Source: Candidatus Saccharimonadota bacterium
Lineage (GTDB): Bacteria > Patescibacteriota > Saccharimonadia > Saccharimonadales > AWTP1-31
Direction of reading: 5' to 3'
NCBI GenBank assembly: GCA_003962975.1
Contig: RXKC01000007.1
Coordinates: forward strand, 26,711 to 90,710
Length of the DNA: 64,000 bases
Part shown: piece after piece, positions 8,575 through 17,672 of the stretch
Layout: each line of letters begins with the position of its first letter
Position numbering within the stretch: the stretch's first letter is position 1
Position numbers and translations under genes: made by a program
Notes under the pieces: generated by a model
What the model was told of the DNA's origin: nothing
What the model saw: only the letters and a program-made list of their open reading frames with translations
Database searches by the model: none

Positions 8575-9723
8575 TTAGACATACTTTGTTTCGTTTAACC
8601 TGAAGATTGCCCATAACATTACGCAGATAATTCCGGCCGACAGCAAGCCATACTGTAGCCTGAAGTTAGCTATTAAGTTAACAAGCAACATGAGTGAGCT
8701 ACCGATGACTTTATAGACCATGCTCTGCACCGAGATAGCTGTCGCCTGGATATCTTCTGGAACTACTTTTTGCACAAACGGTCGTTGTCGTGCAGCGTTA
8801 ATGCCACGCGAAAAACTTGTCAGTAAGAACAGTAAGATTGTTGCCAAGCTCAGTTGCCAACCTAGCACAAAGTACGCCGCTGCAGAAATAAGAAATGGTG
8901 TTGTCATCTTCATTTTCTTATTGAAGGCCACGAATTCACTACCTGAAATTGCAATCACTGAAATCAAGGCAAACAATATGCCGTGAAACTTTATGTCCAC
9001 TCCTGCTGCCAAAAATGAAGGCGTCATTAACCAGGCCATCAAAAGCGTAGAGGCCATAAGACTTGCTGTTAATAGCGTTCGCCAAGCCAACTGTGAATGG
9101 CCGCGCATGCAGTAACGGACGATATCTATCGCGTCGCGGACGGGATGTACATTTGTCTTTCTATGTTCCCCGGCATTCCTAATCGTAAACGCCATGCCCG
9201 CTGCCACAAGAAATACAAAACCCTGCAGTGCAAATGGCCAGCGCAAGTTACTGGCACCCAAAATACCGCCGACAATCGCTCCAAGCCCAGCAGTCACAAA
9301 CCCCACACTCTGCAGTCGTGCAGCTAATTTGTCATACGGCACTCCATCTTTTTGGGCGTGAGCTTTTAGTAGTGCACTATCGGCACCATTAGTAAGACTA
9401 AGCCCAACACCAAACAAAACTTCGCTTAGAATAATATGCCAAAAGCCGGTAGCAAAGCACATCACCAGCATGGCAATTGCCAAGAATATATCACCCGTCG
9501 CATTGCTGACCTTACGACTAAAACGGTCAGCAAAATAACCGGTCGGAACCTCCAATATTATCATCGTAAACGCAAAGATAAACTGGGTAAGACCAATAGC
9601 AAATTGATCCAGGCCGAGACTGCTATACAAAAGATAAGTCACAGGCATGAATAATATAAAGCTTGTTAGCGCTGATTCAATGAATAGGAACTTGCCGTCC
9701 CTACCCAATTTGTTGGGTTTCAT
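8575..9723 (-). CDS. MFS transporter
   Basis: 382 aa, about 12 TM helices, DRFSRK-type loop motif between TM2 and TM3. Confidence 0.65.
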   Translation of the reverse strand: MKPNKLGRDGKFLFIESALTSFILFMPVTYLLYSSLGLDQFAIGLTQFIFAFTMIILEVPTGYFADRFSRKVSNATGDIFLAIAMLVMCFATGFWHIILSEVLFGVGLSLTNGADSALLKAHAQKDGVPYDKLAARLQSVGFVTAGLGAIVGGILGASNLRWPFALQGFVFLVAAGMAFTIRNAGEHRKTNVHPVRDAIDIVRYCMRGHSQLAWRTLLTASLMASTLLMAWLMTPSFLAAGVDIKFHGILFALISVIAISGSEFVAFNKKMKMTTPFLISAAAYFVLGWQLSLATILLFLLTSFSRGINAARQRPFVQKVVPEDIQATAISVQSMVYKVIGSSLMLLVNLIANFRLQYGLLSAGIICVMLWAIFRLNETKYV

Positions 9724-9774
9724 AGGATTTTCCTTTAGATAGTTTTGAAGGTTTTTGGTTTGGTGTTTTGGGTT

Positions 9775-11118
9775 TTAAAGTTCGTCGATGGAAAGTCGGG
9801 TTTGTTGTGTCGTGTCGCGGTCGCGGATGGTCACGGTATTGTCTTCGAGCGTTTGAAAGTCGATAGTAACGCATTTGGGTGTTCCGATTTCGTCTTGGCG
9901 TCGATAACGTTTACCAATATTGCCGTTGTCGTCCCAAATAACTGACCCATATTTTTGCTTCATGGCTTTGAAAACTTCTTGGGCTTTTTCAACTAACTCT
10001 GGTTTGTTCTTAAGGAGCGGACTGACAGCCATTCGGACCGGGGCGAGATGTTCAGGAAGTTTAAGGTAGATACGTTGCTCGCCATTTTGTTCGTCAACCG
10101 AATAAGAACTATCGATCACTGCTAGGACCAGTCGGTCGAGACCAAACGTTGGTTCAATCACATGCGGGATGAAGGCCTCGCTACCGTCTTTGGGAATATA
10201 CTTTAGATTTTTACCCGAAGCATTGGCGTGTGATGACAAGTCATGGTCGGTACGGTAGGCACAACCACCGAGTTCCTTCTGTCCAATCGTAAAATCAAAC
10301 TCTGTATCGATCGAATGCTTGCTATAGTGCGCCCGGTCTTCAGCTGGTACTTCTATCTTGTGCAGCTTGTCGGCTGGTAGACCAAGACTTAGGTAAAAGT
10401 CTTGCTGCAACTGGAGCCACTTTTCAAACTCCTCTTTCCAATTATCTGGGTGGATAAAGAGTTCGATCTCCATTTGTTCGAGTTCACGTACACGAAAGAT
10501 AAAGTCACGCGGACTAATTTCGTTTCGAAACGCCTTACCAACTTGCGCCAAGGCAAAAGGCATATCAGGGCTAAAGCTATCGACAACGTTCTTGAAGTTA
10601 ACGAACATACCCTGCGCAGTTTCCGGACGGAGGTAGCTGGTAGAGTTCTCGTCCTCAGTAACGCCCACATTTGTCTTGAACATCATGTTAAACTGACGAA
10701 TTTTACTTAGTTGGTTGCCGTCGGGGCTTTTTATGCCCTGCTCTTCGATAACTTGATCCATCTGTGTGGTCGACATAGCCGCTACACCTTCGATACCAAG
10801 ATCTTCCAAAAGGTTGTCGGCACGATACCGTTTTTTGGTCTTTAGATCTTCAACAAGTGGATCATTAAAACCATCGACATGACCACTTGCCTGCCACACT
10901 TTTTGATTCATTAAGATTGCTGCATCAATACCGTAGACGTCATCACGGCTTTCGATAAAAAATTTCCACCATGCATCAACAATATTACGCTTTAGCTGCA
11001 CACCAAGCGGACCGTAGTCCCAGGTACCCGCCAGACCACCATAGATCTCACTACCCTGGTACATAAAACCACGGCGCTTACACAAGCTGACAATATCTTC
11101 TAGTTTGACGTCACTCAT
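9775..11118 (-). CDS. glyQS: Glycine--tRNA ligase (alpha2 dimeric type)
   Basis: N-terminal RRGFMYQGSEIYGGLAGTWDYGPLG, typical of GlyRS class II alpha2. Confidence 0.85.
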   Translation of the reverse strand: MSDVKLEDIVSLCKRRGFMYQGSEIYGGLAGTWDYGPLGVQLKRNIVDAWWKFFIESRDDVYGIDAAILMNQKVWQASGHVDGFNDPLVEDLKTKKRYRADNLLEDLGIEGVAAMSTTQMDQVIEEQGIKSPDGNQLSKIRQFNMMFKTNVGVTEDENSTSYLRPETAQGMFVNFKNVVDSFSPDMPFALAQVGKAFRNEISPRDFIFRVRELEQMEIELFIHPDNWKEEFEKWLQLQQDFYLSLGLPADKLHKIEVPAEDRAHYSKHSIDTEFDFTIGQKELGGCAYRTDHDLSSHANASGKNLKYIPKDGSEAFIPHVIEPTFGLDRLVLAVIDSSYSVDEQNGEQRIYLKLPEHLAPVRMAVSPLLKNKPELVEKAQEVFKAMKQKYGSVIWDDNGNIGKRYRRQDEIGTPKCVTIDFQTLEDNTVTIRDRDTTQQTRLSIDEL

Positions 11119-11159
11119 AACAGCTGATTATAACAGATACGCTACGAAGGTGGATGTTT

Positions 11160-11882
11160 TTATGCGTGGTAGCCATGCAAGCGAAGCATCTGTCGACAGA
11201 GCGCGTTCACAGAAGTACCTACAGGCTGCGCTACTTGTACCAAAGAAAGTTTTTGAGGACTAGACGCCCGCAAAGCAAGCCTTAGTAATTTTATGTGCTG
11301 AGACTGGTATGCCCCTTGGTCTTTTTGTGCAAATGTCATGTGCTCGACATCAAACATATAGCACTTGCTCTCAGCCAAAGCTTGGCCCTGCGTATCATGC
11401 GCTAGATCTGGCGTATGACCACCGATACTGAGCAGATGAACCGCTAGCCAGACTTCAATATTTTGAATCGGCACCGCCTCATCGAGAGCCTGCAAACAAA
11501 GATTAAGAAGATCAAAATATTCTGGTTCTGCCGCATCCTCAGTTATCTTATGGAATGACTTCAAAACTTCGTAGGCATACATAGTGCGTTGGATGTCCGT
11601 AACTATATTGCCGTAGTTACGCTTCAGCCTTGAAGAAATAAGCGTACCGAGATCACCCTTTCCAGCGGTATACGTTAGGTCATTTACGCTGAATAGTTCA
11701 ATGCCTCCTGCCATTTTGCTTTTTATTTTTCGAACGCCTTTAGCCACAAGACGTACCTTGCCATGATCTCTTGTAAGAACTGTTAATATTCTATCTGCTT
11801 CGCCGTAATTTGTACGCGCCAACACAATGCCAACTACTACGACTTGTTTCATATCACCTTGCTGGCTGTAACCGCTTCGCAC
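11160..11882 (-). CDS. recO: DNA repair protein RecO (probable start at internal Met, 11852)
   Basis: N-terminal OB-fold GIVLARTNYGEADRILTVLTRDHGKVRLVAKGVRK matches RecO. ATGA overlap with the upstream receiver gene if started at MKQVVVV. Confidence 0.7.
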   Translation of the reverse strand: MRSGYSQQGDMKQVVVVGIVLARTNYGEADRILTVLTRDHGKVRLVAKGVRKIKSKMAGGIELFSVNDLTYTAGKGDLGTLISSRLKRNYGNIVTDIQRTMYAYEVLKSFHKITEDAAEPEYFDLLNLCLQALDEAVPIQNIEVWLAVHLLSIGGHTPDLAHDTQGQALAESKCYMFDVEHMTFAQKDQGAYQSQHIKLLRLALRASSPQKLSLVQVAQPVGTSVNALCRQMLRLHGYHA

Positions 11883-12226
11883 AATTGAGCCAGACTTGTG
11901 TCTGACTTATATAATACTTGCTCAATACCCAGGTCACGCCGTGCCCTGTCGTCAATTCGTGAGGACCTAATGTCGGTATGCAGCACAACCCTAACCGCAT
12001 TCCAGTCTGTATAGGATCGTATTTCGTAAAGCAGCTCAATGCCGTTATGCACTGCCATCTGGATCTCTAGGATAAGCACATCGATACTAAGTTGATCCAG
12101 TGCATTAACTGCAGAGGCAGCCGTTTTTCGCCAATGGACCGTATTGCCCGCCCGCTCCAGAGCCTGTTTGTATACTGATCCCAACGTAGTGTCTGGCTCT
12201 ACTAAAAGTATATTCGCCATACTCAC
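11849..12226 (-). CDS. Atypical single-domain response-regulator receiver with Glu at the phospho-acceptor position
   Basis: CheY-like fold with the T (LHT) and K (YKS) positions conserved, but DVLILEIQM carries E where the phosphorylated Asp normally sits. The acidic pocket is EPD. Confidence 0.6.
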   Translation of the reverse strand: MSMANILLVEPDTTLGSVYKQALERAGNTVHWRKTAASAVNALDQLSIDVLILEIQMAVHNGIELLYEIRSYTDWNAVRVVLHTDIRSSRIDDRARRDLGIEQVLYKSDTSLAQLCEAVTASKVI

Positions 12227-12957
12227 ACCAGCGCCATCTGCTGGCTTGATGTAAACGTCGCTGCCAAACCAGGAAGCTTTTGATAGCGTGCCGTCCTCAA
12301 GCCTGATGACATATTCTGCAGTATCGCATCTGCGATAAACAGACCCGTCTCACCCGATACTGTCATCTCGGCCACAGGACTATGTGCGCGCCCGTACAGC
12401 TTACGTGATCGGCGCAGCGTTGCAGAATGTAACCCTTGCACTTCGGCAAACAAGCCGGCGACAATGCCTGCCCGTGTTCGATGCGCGGCCAGAGTTATGA
12501 CCGGCCGCTTGGTGTGTACTTGTTGGGATTGAGCTGTGATAAAGAAGTGCCCTAGACTCAGCAAGGCAGCGCTCAAGCCTGCTCCGTGCGCCATAACTGG
12601 TTCATACTTACCAGCTACGATGACTTCCAGGTCACAGCGTCGCTGCTCTGCAGTTCGATTAAGCTGATGCGCTATATCATTCAGACTAGCCGCTAACGAA
12701 ACGGGTTCGAGCGCAAGGCGCTGCCCGGCCTGTGTAAGCTGCAAGCTGAGCAAGTAGTTATCAAGCATTGTTAGCGCTGAGCTTGATGCAGCTTGTACTC
12801 GAGCTAGATGTCCATCAACGTCATCTGAGCCACTGCTGGCTAGTTCGGCCGTTCGAGCGATAGTTAGAAAGGAGGATTTGAGGTTTTCTGCCAGCACGGT
12901 AAAGAGTTGACTGTGATCACCAAGTGTATAATCTTTTTGCTCAGTTTTTGACATCAC
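12223..12957 (-). CDS. Degenerate histidine-kinase-like protein (HisKA-like H-box, degenerate ATPase N/G boxes), no TM segment
   Basis: GHLARVQAASSSALTMLDNYL resembles an H-box. The downstream region aligns loosely to HATPase_c but lacks the N-box Asn and the DxGxG motif. 4-nt overlap with the receiver gene. Confidence 0.35.
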   Translation of the reverse strand: MMSKTEQKDYTLGDHSQLFTVLAENLKSSFLTIARTAELASSGSDDVDGHLARVQAASSSALTMLDNYLLSLQLTQAGQRLALEPVSLAASLNDIAHQLNRTAEQRRCDLEVIVAGKYEPVMAHGAGLSAALLSLGHFFITAQSQQVHTKRPVITLAAHRTRAGIVAGLFAEVQGLHSATLRRSRKLYGRAHSPVAEMTVSGETGLFIADAILQNMSSGLRTARYQKLPGLAATFTSSQQMALV

Positions 12958-13054
12958 TGCAACTATCTACCCTCGCCTACTTCTTGTAGAATTATACCAC
13001 TTGTGGAGTCAACACCCCACTGATGTAGCATAAATTACTGCGGAAGCCGTAAGA

Positions 13055-13720
13055 CTATGGCACGAATGTAAAGTTGGCGAGAATAATGTCGTTAAGATCA
13101 CCAATATATTGCGGTGATTCAGTCCAGACCTTTAGTACCTTGTCGCGAACTGGCAGTATAACCATTGCACCCTGTTTACCGGTGGCTACTTGCCCTTCTA
13201 CTCTGACACCCACTGTACCCGGAACCTTGGGAGCTGTGTAAGGAACAGTTTTAATTTTTCCTGATTTCACCTGTGACTCTAAGTTGCGCACCGTAGTGGT
13301 GTAAGAACTGTTTGAAACCTGAAACCTGAGGGCAAGATTGTGCTTTTGACTATCGGTAGCCGTGGGGACAAATGACGGATTAAGGAAACCGTTAACAGGT
13401 GTTGAGCCATTAGCTTCATCAACATAGGCAGACCAAGTTTTTGGATAGCTAATAGTCACACTACCGAAAGCAGCAGGTCCCGTATATGTTTTTAGAGGAT
13501 TCTTTTCTTTCTCGGCAAATTCTACAGCCTTTTTCTCACTGAGCGTTTGCTCGGCCGCAGCAACAGCTTCTGCTATTTTATCGTCCACATTATTTTTGTA
13601 ATCTTGGCGCCCAGCAAATGCCCACAGACCAAAGCCAGCTGTGCCCAAAAATGCTATGAGCGTAACGATAAAGGCGATTAACCAAGTGTCAGCAACGCCG
13701 CGCTGATCAAGCTTTCTCAT
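13055..13720 (-). CDS. Membrane-anchored hypothetical protein
   Basis: Single N-terminal TM helix followed by a coiled region and a Ser/Thr-rich extracellular domain. Confidence 0.4.
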   Translation of the reverse strand: MRKLDQRGVADTWLIAFIVTLIAFLGTAGFGLWAFAGRQDYKNNVDDKIAEAVAAAEQTLSEKKAVEFAEKEKNPLKTYTGPAAFGSVTISYPKTWSAYVDEANGSTPVNGFLNPSFVPTATDSQKHNLALRFQVSNSSYTTTVRNLESQVKSGKIKTVPYTAPKVPGTVGVRVEGQVATGKQGAMVILPVRDKVLKVWTESPQYIGDLNDIILANFTFVP

Positions 13721-13757
13721 ACCGCTAATGGTACCATATCCTTGCCACAGGCGTCAC

Positions 13758-13961
13758 CTATAGCGAGAGCTTTTTAATTTTGTTTTCAGCCTGTTTTAAA
13801 TAGATTTCTAGTTCTTTTATAATCACCTGCCCTCTCTCAAAGGCAGTTATCGCATCATCAATTGATAGTGCACCGGTCTGCAAGCTAGCTAGTATGTCGT
13901 CAAGCTCTGCCTGCAGTTCGTGGTAATCAAGCTTGTTTTGAGTCGGTTTCTTTGCTGTCAT
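13758..13961 (-). CDS. xseB: Exodeoxyribonuclease VII small subunit
   Basis: 67-aa helical protein with the ELEQIV-like core (LDDILASLQTGALSIDDAITAFERG), immediately downstream of xseA. Confidence 0.8.
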   Translation of the reverse strand: MTAKKPTQNKLDYHELQAELDDILASLQTGALSIDDAITAFERGQVIIKELEIYLKQAENKIKKLSL

Positions 13962-13966
13962 AGTAA

Positions 13967-15085
13967 TTATTTTACCTGAATATTCTCAACTGTAGCTATT
14001 ACTATACCGTCTTGTAAGGTGGCGGTCAGTTTGTGACCAGGCCGCAATTGTTTTATCGACTGCACCACCGCTTGATCTGTGCGCAAAATGGCGTAGCCTC
14101 TCTGCAGTGCCGCCTGTGGGCTTAACGCTGTTAGTAGGGCTGCTCTTTCACTAAGATGACGTGTAGTTTCGGATAGTCGCTGCCCGATAGCTTGCGTAAG
14201 ATTTGTTCGTATATGTCTCAGTTGTTGTAACTGATTACTGGCCTGTGTCACTAAGGCATGAGCGAGCGCTGCGTACTGTGCTTGTAAACGCTTTTTTTCT
14301 TGAGTTTGATCAGGCGTTAGCAACTCAGCGGCATTGCTGGGTGTGCTTGCCCTCTGGTCAGCCGCTAACTCAGCCAAGCTGGTATCAATCTCATGGCCAA
14401 TGGCAACAAGTGTGGGTATTCGACTTGCCGCTACCGCCCGCACAACTGACTCTGTGCTAAAAACTACTAAGTCATCAGCGCTGCCACCTCCTCTGGTAAT
14501 CACCAGAACTTCTGGAGGTTCAGCGAGTGAGTTGCAGGCCGAGATAGCCGAAACTATTTGCCCGGCAGCCACTTCGCCTTGCACCTGTACATCACAAAAT
14601 ATTATCTCTAACCCGCCCCAGCGAGCGCCCAAAACCTTTATAAAGTCAGCGTAGGCAGCCGACTCTTTTGAACCTATCAGGGCGATCCGCCTTGGCGGGT
14701 ATGGGAATGGGCGTTTGCGAGCTGGGTCGAATAAGCCTTCTTTTTCTAACTTAGCTTGCAACAACGCTGCTGCTTTTTTTAGTGAGCCTTCTCCAACGGG
14801 CTGGATTGTGCGTACATTAACCGAGAAACCAAAAGTTTGATGCAAACGCGGCACGCCACTGACCTGCACCAGCATGCCGTCTTCTAGTGGCCCGGGCAAT
14901 GCGTAGATGGTGCCAAAAAAGCGCACGCTAGAAAACTCATCTTTAAGGTCAAAGTATATCCACTTGCCTTTGCTCACCTTGAAGTTACTGAGTTCACCCT
15001 GAATAGTTACAGTAGGATACGCAAACTCGAGCGTCTGGTTAAAAACACCAACAAAATCACTGACACTAAATACTAACTCGTTCAT
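13967..15085 (-). CDS. xseA: Exodeoxyribonuclease VII large subunit
   Basis: N-terminal OB fold (VSDFVGVFNQTLEFAYPTVTIQGELSNFKVSKGKWIYFDLKD) and a C-terminal helical region. 4-nt overlap with the upstream gene. Confidence 0.85.
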   Translation of the reverse strand: MNELVFSVSDFVGVFNQTLEFAYPTVTIQGELSNFKVSKGKWIYFDLKDEFSSVRFFGTIYALPGPLEDGMLVQVSGVPRLHQTFGFSVNVRTIQPVGEGSLKKAAALLQAKLEKEGLFDPARKRPFPYPPRRIALIGSKESAAYADFIKVLGARWGGLEIIFCDVQVQGEVAAGQIVSAISACNSLAEPPEVLVITRGGGSADDLVVFSTESVVRAVAASRIPTLVAIGHEIDTSLAELAADQRASTPSNAAELLTPDQTQEKKRLQAQYAALAHALVTQASNQLQQLRHIRTNLTQAIGQRLSETTRHLSERAALLTALSPQAALQRGYAILRTDQAVVQSIKQLRPGHKLTATLQDGIVIATVENIQVK

Positions 15086-16113
15086 GTTGTTTTGCGCCGT
15101 AATCGACGATAGTACAAAAAGTAGCCTGGTAGTAGCTGGATAATCATACTGACCACTCGATACATAACAGTCACGGGAATACTGATCGCAGGCGGGATTC
15201 CACCTACGGCCAACACTGCAGTCATCAAAGCCTCGTACACCCCTACTCCGCTCGGTAACACCGATAGAAAGCCGGCAGTACTCGCAATGGCGTACGCCAA
15301 GATAATTGCGCCAGGGTTAACTACATGTCCAAACGCTAGATAGACAGTATAAATAGTCAGCATCTCGGTAATATTGGCTACCAGCGACCATATAAGTGGC
15401 CACTTCAGAGCGCTGTAATCGTTCTTAATCAGAGCATAGTTATCGTGCAGATCTTCAAAGATCTCTTTAACTCGTACCACGCTAATTGTTTCAGGATACT
15501 TTGGTCGAATAACATGAATGAGCTTATTCAGAGTTTTGGTTAGAAAACCAAAAAACGCACTAATACGTTGCTTCCTGCCAATAATGAAAGCCATACCTAT
15601 TGTGCCAATCACAATGAGCGTTGTGATTGAACCGCCCGCTAGTAGCACAAACCTATTAACACTACCGCTGAAGCTGAGCATAAACATAGCGAGAAGAAGC
15701 AGGAATATAAATGCAACGTACACCAACACGAAACGCATTAACTGCACCAAAGATGCTTGAGTGCCAGTCACCCCTTTGTCTTTCATGCGGAGACTGTAAT
15801 ACGAAAAGCCCGAAACTCCTCCACTTGGGAATACATGATTCACAAAGTTAAGTTCAAGGTTAACCTTGTACAAAAACTTGTAGCTTATCTTCTGGCCAAG
15901 AATAGCAAACAGATCCTGGTTTTGTCGGGCATAGGCGTCATAGTTAATGATCTGCCAGACGGGCAGCAACAGCAATAGTGGCCATTTAATGTCACCAATC
16001 GTACGGAAACTTTCTGCAATCTGGTGGCGCACTACATATATGAGCAAGGCGAAGCCCAAGAACGTAACGATGTTCAAAATCACTTTCCAGTGCGCTCTCA
16101 GTTTTTGACTCAT
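15082..16113 (-). CDS. Flippase-like membrane protein (UPF0104 / lysylphosphatidylglycerol-synthase TM-domain family)
   Basis: 343 aa, about 8 TM helices, topology typical of YbhN/UPF0104. Confidence 0.45.
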   Translation of the reverse strand: MSQKLRAHWKVILNIVTFLGFALLIYVVRHQIAESFRTIGDIKWPLLLLLPVWQIINYDAYARQNQDLFAILGQKISYKFLYKVNLELNFVNHVFPSGGVSGFSYYSLRMKDKGVTGTQASLVQLMRFVLVYVAFIFLLLLAMFMLSFSGSVNRFVLLAGGSITTLIVIGTIGMAFIIGRKQRISAFFGFLTKTLNKLIHVIRPKYPETISVVRVKEIFEDLHDNYALIKNDYSALKWPLIWSLVANITEMLTIYTVYLAFGHVVNPGAIILAYAIASTAGFLSVLPSGVGVYEALMTAVLAVGGIPPAISIPVTVMYRVVSMIIQLLPGYFLYYRRLRRKTT

Positions 16114-17385
16114 TGGATGTATTATACCGGAACTTTCTTCTCTCTTGATATACTAGCTGGTATGCAATCATTACTCATTTTGGGCAGACAGCCCGCTCTT
16201 GGCCTGGCTGAGTTGGAAAGTTGGTGTGCCGCCGACAAAATCATGCCTATCGGCAATAATGCAGTTACGGTCGATATTGACCCGGCCGAGCTACCCTTTT
16301 TCCGCTTTGGTGGCAGTATTAAGTTGACGAAAGTCTTAACGGAGCTACCCCACGCCGACTTTAAAAAAGCGATTGAGTATATCAATAAAACAATCCCTGA
16401 GCATCTGCAGTACATTCCCGAAGGTAAAATTAAGTTTGGTATCAGCGTATACGGACTACGTGTGCAGACAAACGATATTAACCGAGCGACTTTACATATT
16501 AAAAAAACAATAAAAGCTGCAGGACGGTCAGTGCGCGTAGTACCGAATAACGAACCCAGTCTCAACAGTGCTCAGGTACTACACAATCAACTCACCTCGC
16601 CCGTAGGTATGGAATTGGTCCTTGTTCATAACAATGGTAAAACCATTCTTGCTCAAACGGTTGCTGAACAAGATATTGAAGCGTACGCTGCTCGAGACCA
16701 AAAACGTCCTAAACGTGACGCCAAAGTTGGCATGTTGCCCCCAAAACTAGCCCAGATTATCATCAACCTATCTGGCAATAACTTTACGCGTCAACAAGTC
16801 ACAGAGGCAGGTTTAAACACCACCCAAGAAAATTCTCTAGCTTCGTTAGCTACACTGCTCGATCCGTTTTGCGGAACTGGAGTGGTCTTACAAGAAGCCC
16901 TTTTGATGGGATTCAACGCCTATGGCACTGACCTGGATAAACGTATGGTGGAATATTCACAGGCTAACCTCGAGTGGCTGACGAGCAGGCAGAACGTTTC
17001 GGGAAGCTACAAAGTCAGCGCTGGTGATGCCACCACTACCACCTGGGAACCCTTCCATGGCATCGCTGGCGAAACGTACCTGGGACGACCGTTCTCTGCC
17101 CAGCCAGACCCCAAAGTTTTACAAGAAGTTATGCAGGATGTAAGTTTTATTCACAAGAAATTCCTGCAAAACGTAGCTCGCCAAACTGAACCCGGCTTTA
17201 GAATGTGTATTGCCGTACCGGCTTGGAAAACAAGCAGCGGCTTCAAACACCTTAAAACCCTTGATAATTTAGAGGAATTAGGCTATACTCGTATGGAATT
17301 TGTTCACGCAAAGGCGGAGGATCTGATCTACCACCGCGAAGGCCAAGTTGTTGCCCGTGAACTCGTCGTATTAGTAAGAAAGTGA
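16024..17385 (+). CDS. Putative class I SAM-dependent methyltransferase (Trm11/RlmL-like); probable start at 16117 or 16162
   Basis: Motif I LDPFCGTGVV followed by an acidic beta2 (AYGTDLD). The motif IV position is GETY rather than D/NPPY. The 5' end of the called ORF overlaps the upstream minus-strand gene, so an internal start is likely. Confidence 0.45.
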   Translation: MAHYIYEQGEAQERNDVQNHFPVRSQFLTHWMYYTGTFFSLDILAGMQSLLILGRQPALGLAELESWCAADKIMPIGNNAVTVDIDPAELPFFRFGGSIKLTKVLTELPHADFKKAIEYINKTIPEHLQYIPEGKIKFGISVYGLRVQTNDINRATLHIKKTIKAAGRSVRVVPNNEPSLNSAQVLHNQLTSPVGMELVLVHNNGKTILAQTVAEQDIEAYAARDQKRPKRDAKVGMLPPKLAQIIINLSGNNFTRQQVTEAGLNTTQENSLASLATLLDPFCGTGVVLQEALLMGFNAYGTDLDKRMVEYSQANLEWLTSRQNVSGSYKVSAGDATTTTWEPFHGIAGETYLGRPFSAQPDPKVLQEVMQDVSFIHKKFLQNVARQTEPGFRMCIAVPAWKTSSGFKHLKTLDNLEELGYTRMEFVHAKAEDLIYHREGQVVARELVVLVRK

Positions 17386-17398
17386 TCGAAGGAAGTAT

Positions 17399-17671
17399 AT
17401 GTCACACGTCAAAGCTGGCGGTACCAGCAAGAACAACCGAGATAGTCAGGGCCAACGCCTAGGTGTTAAGCTCTTTGGTGGTCAAAAAGTAAAGACTGGT
17501 CAGATTATTGTCCGCCAGGTCGGCCTTACTAAGCGCGCTGGTGTTGGCACTAAACTAAGCCGTAACTACACTATTCACGCTGCCAAAGACGGCACCGTGA
17601 AATTTATCGAACGAAAAGTTCGCCTCTTCAGCGGCAAATCAGTCCGCCGCACCGAAGTTACCGTCGAATAG
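17399..17671 (+). CDS. rpmA: 50S ribosomal protein L27
   Basis: MSHVKAGGTSKNNRDSQGQRLGVKLFGGQKVKTGQIIVRQVG, a canonical L27 N-terminus. No rplU upstream. Confidence 0.9.
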   Translation: MSHVKAGGTSKNNRDSQGQRLGVKLFGGQKVKTGQIIVRQVGLTKRAGVGTKLSRNYTIHAAKDGTVKFIERKVRLFSGKSVRRTEVTVE

Positions 17672-17672
17672 A

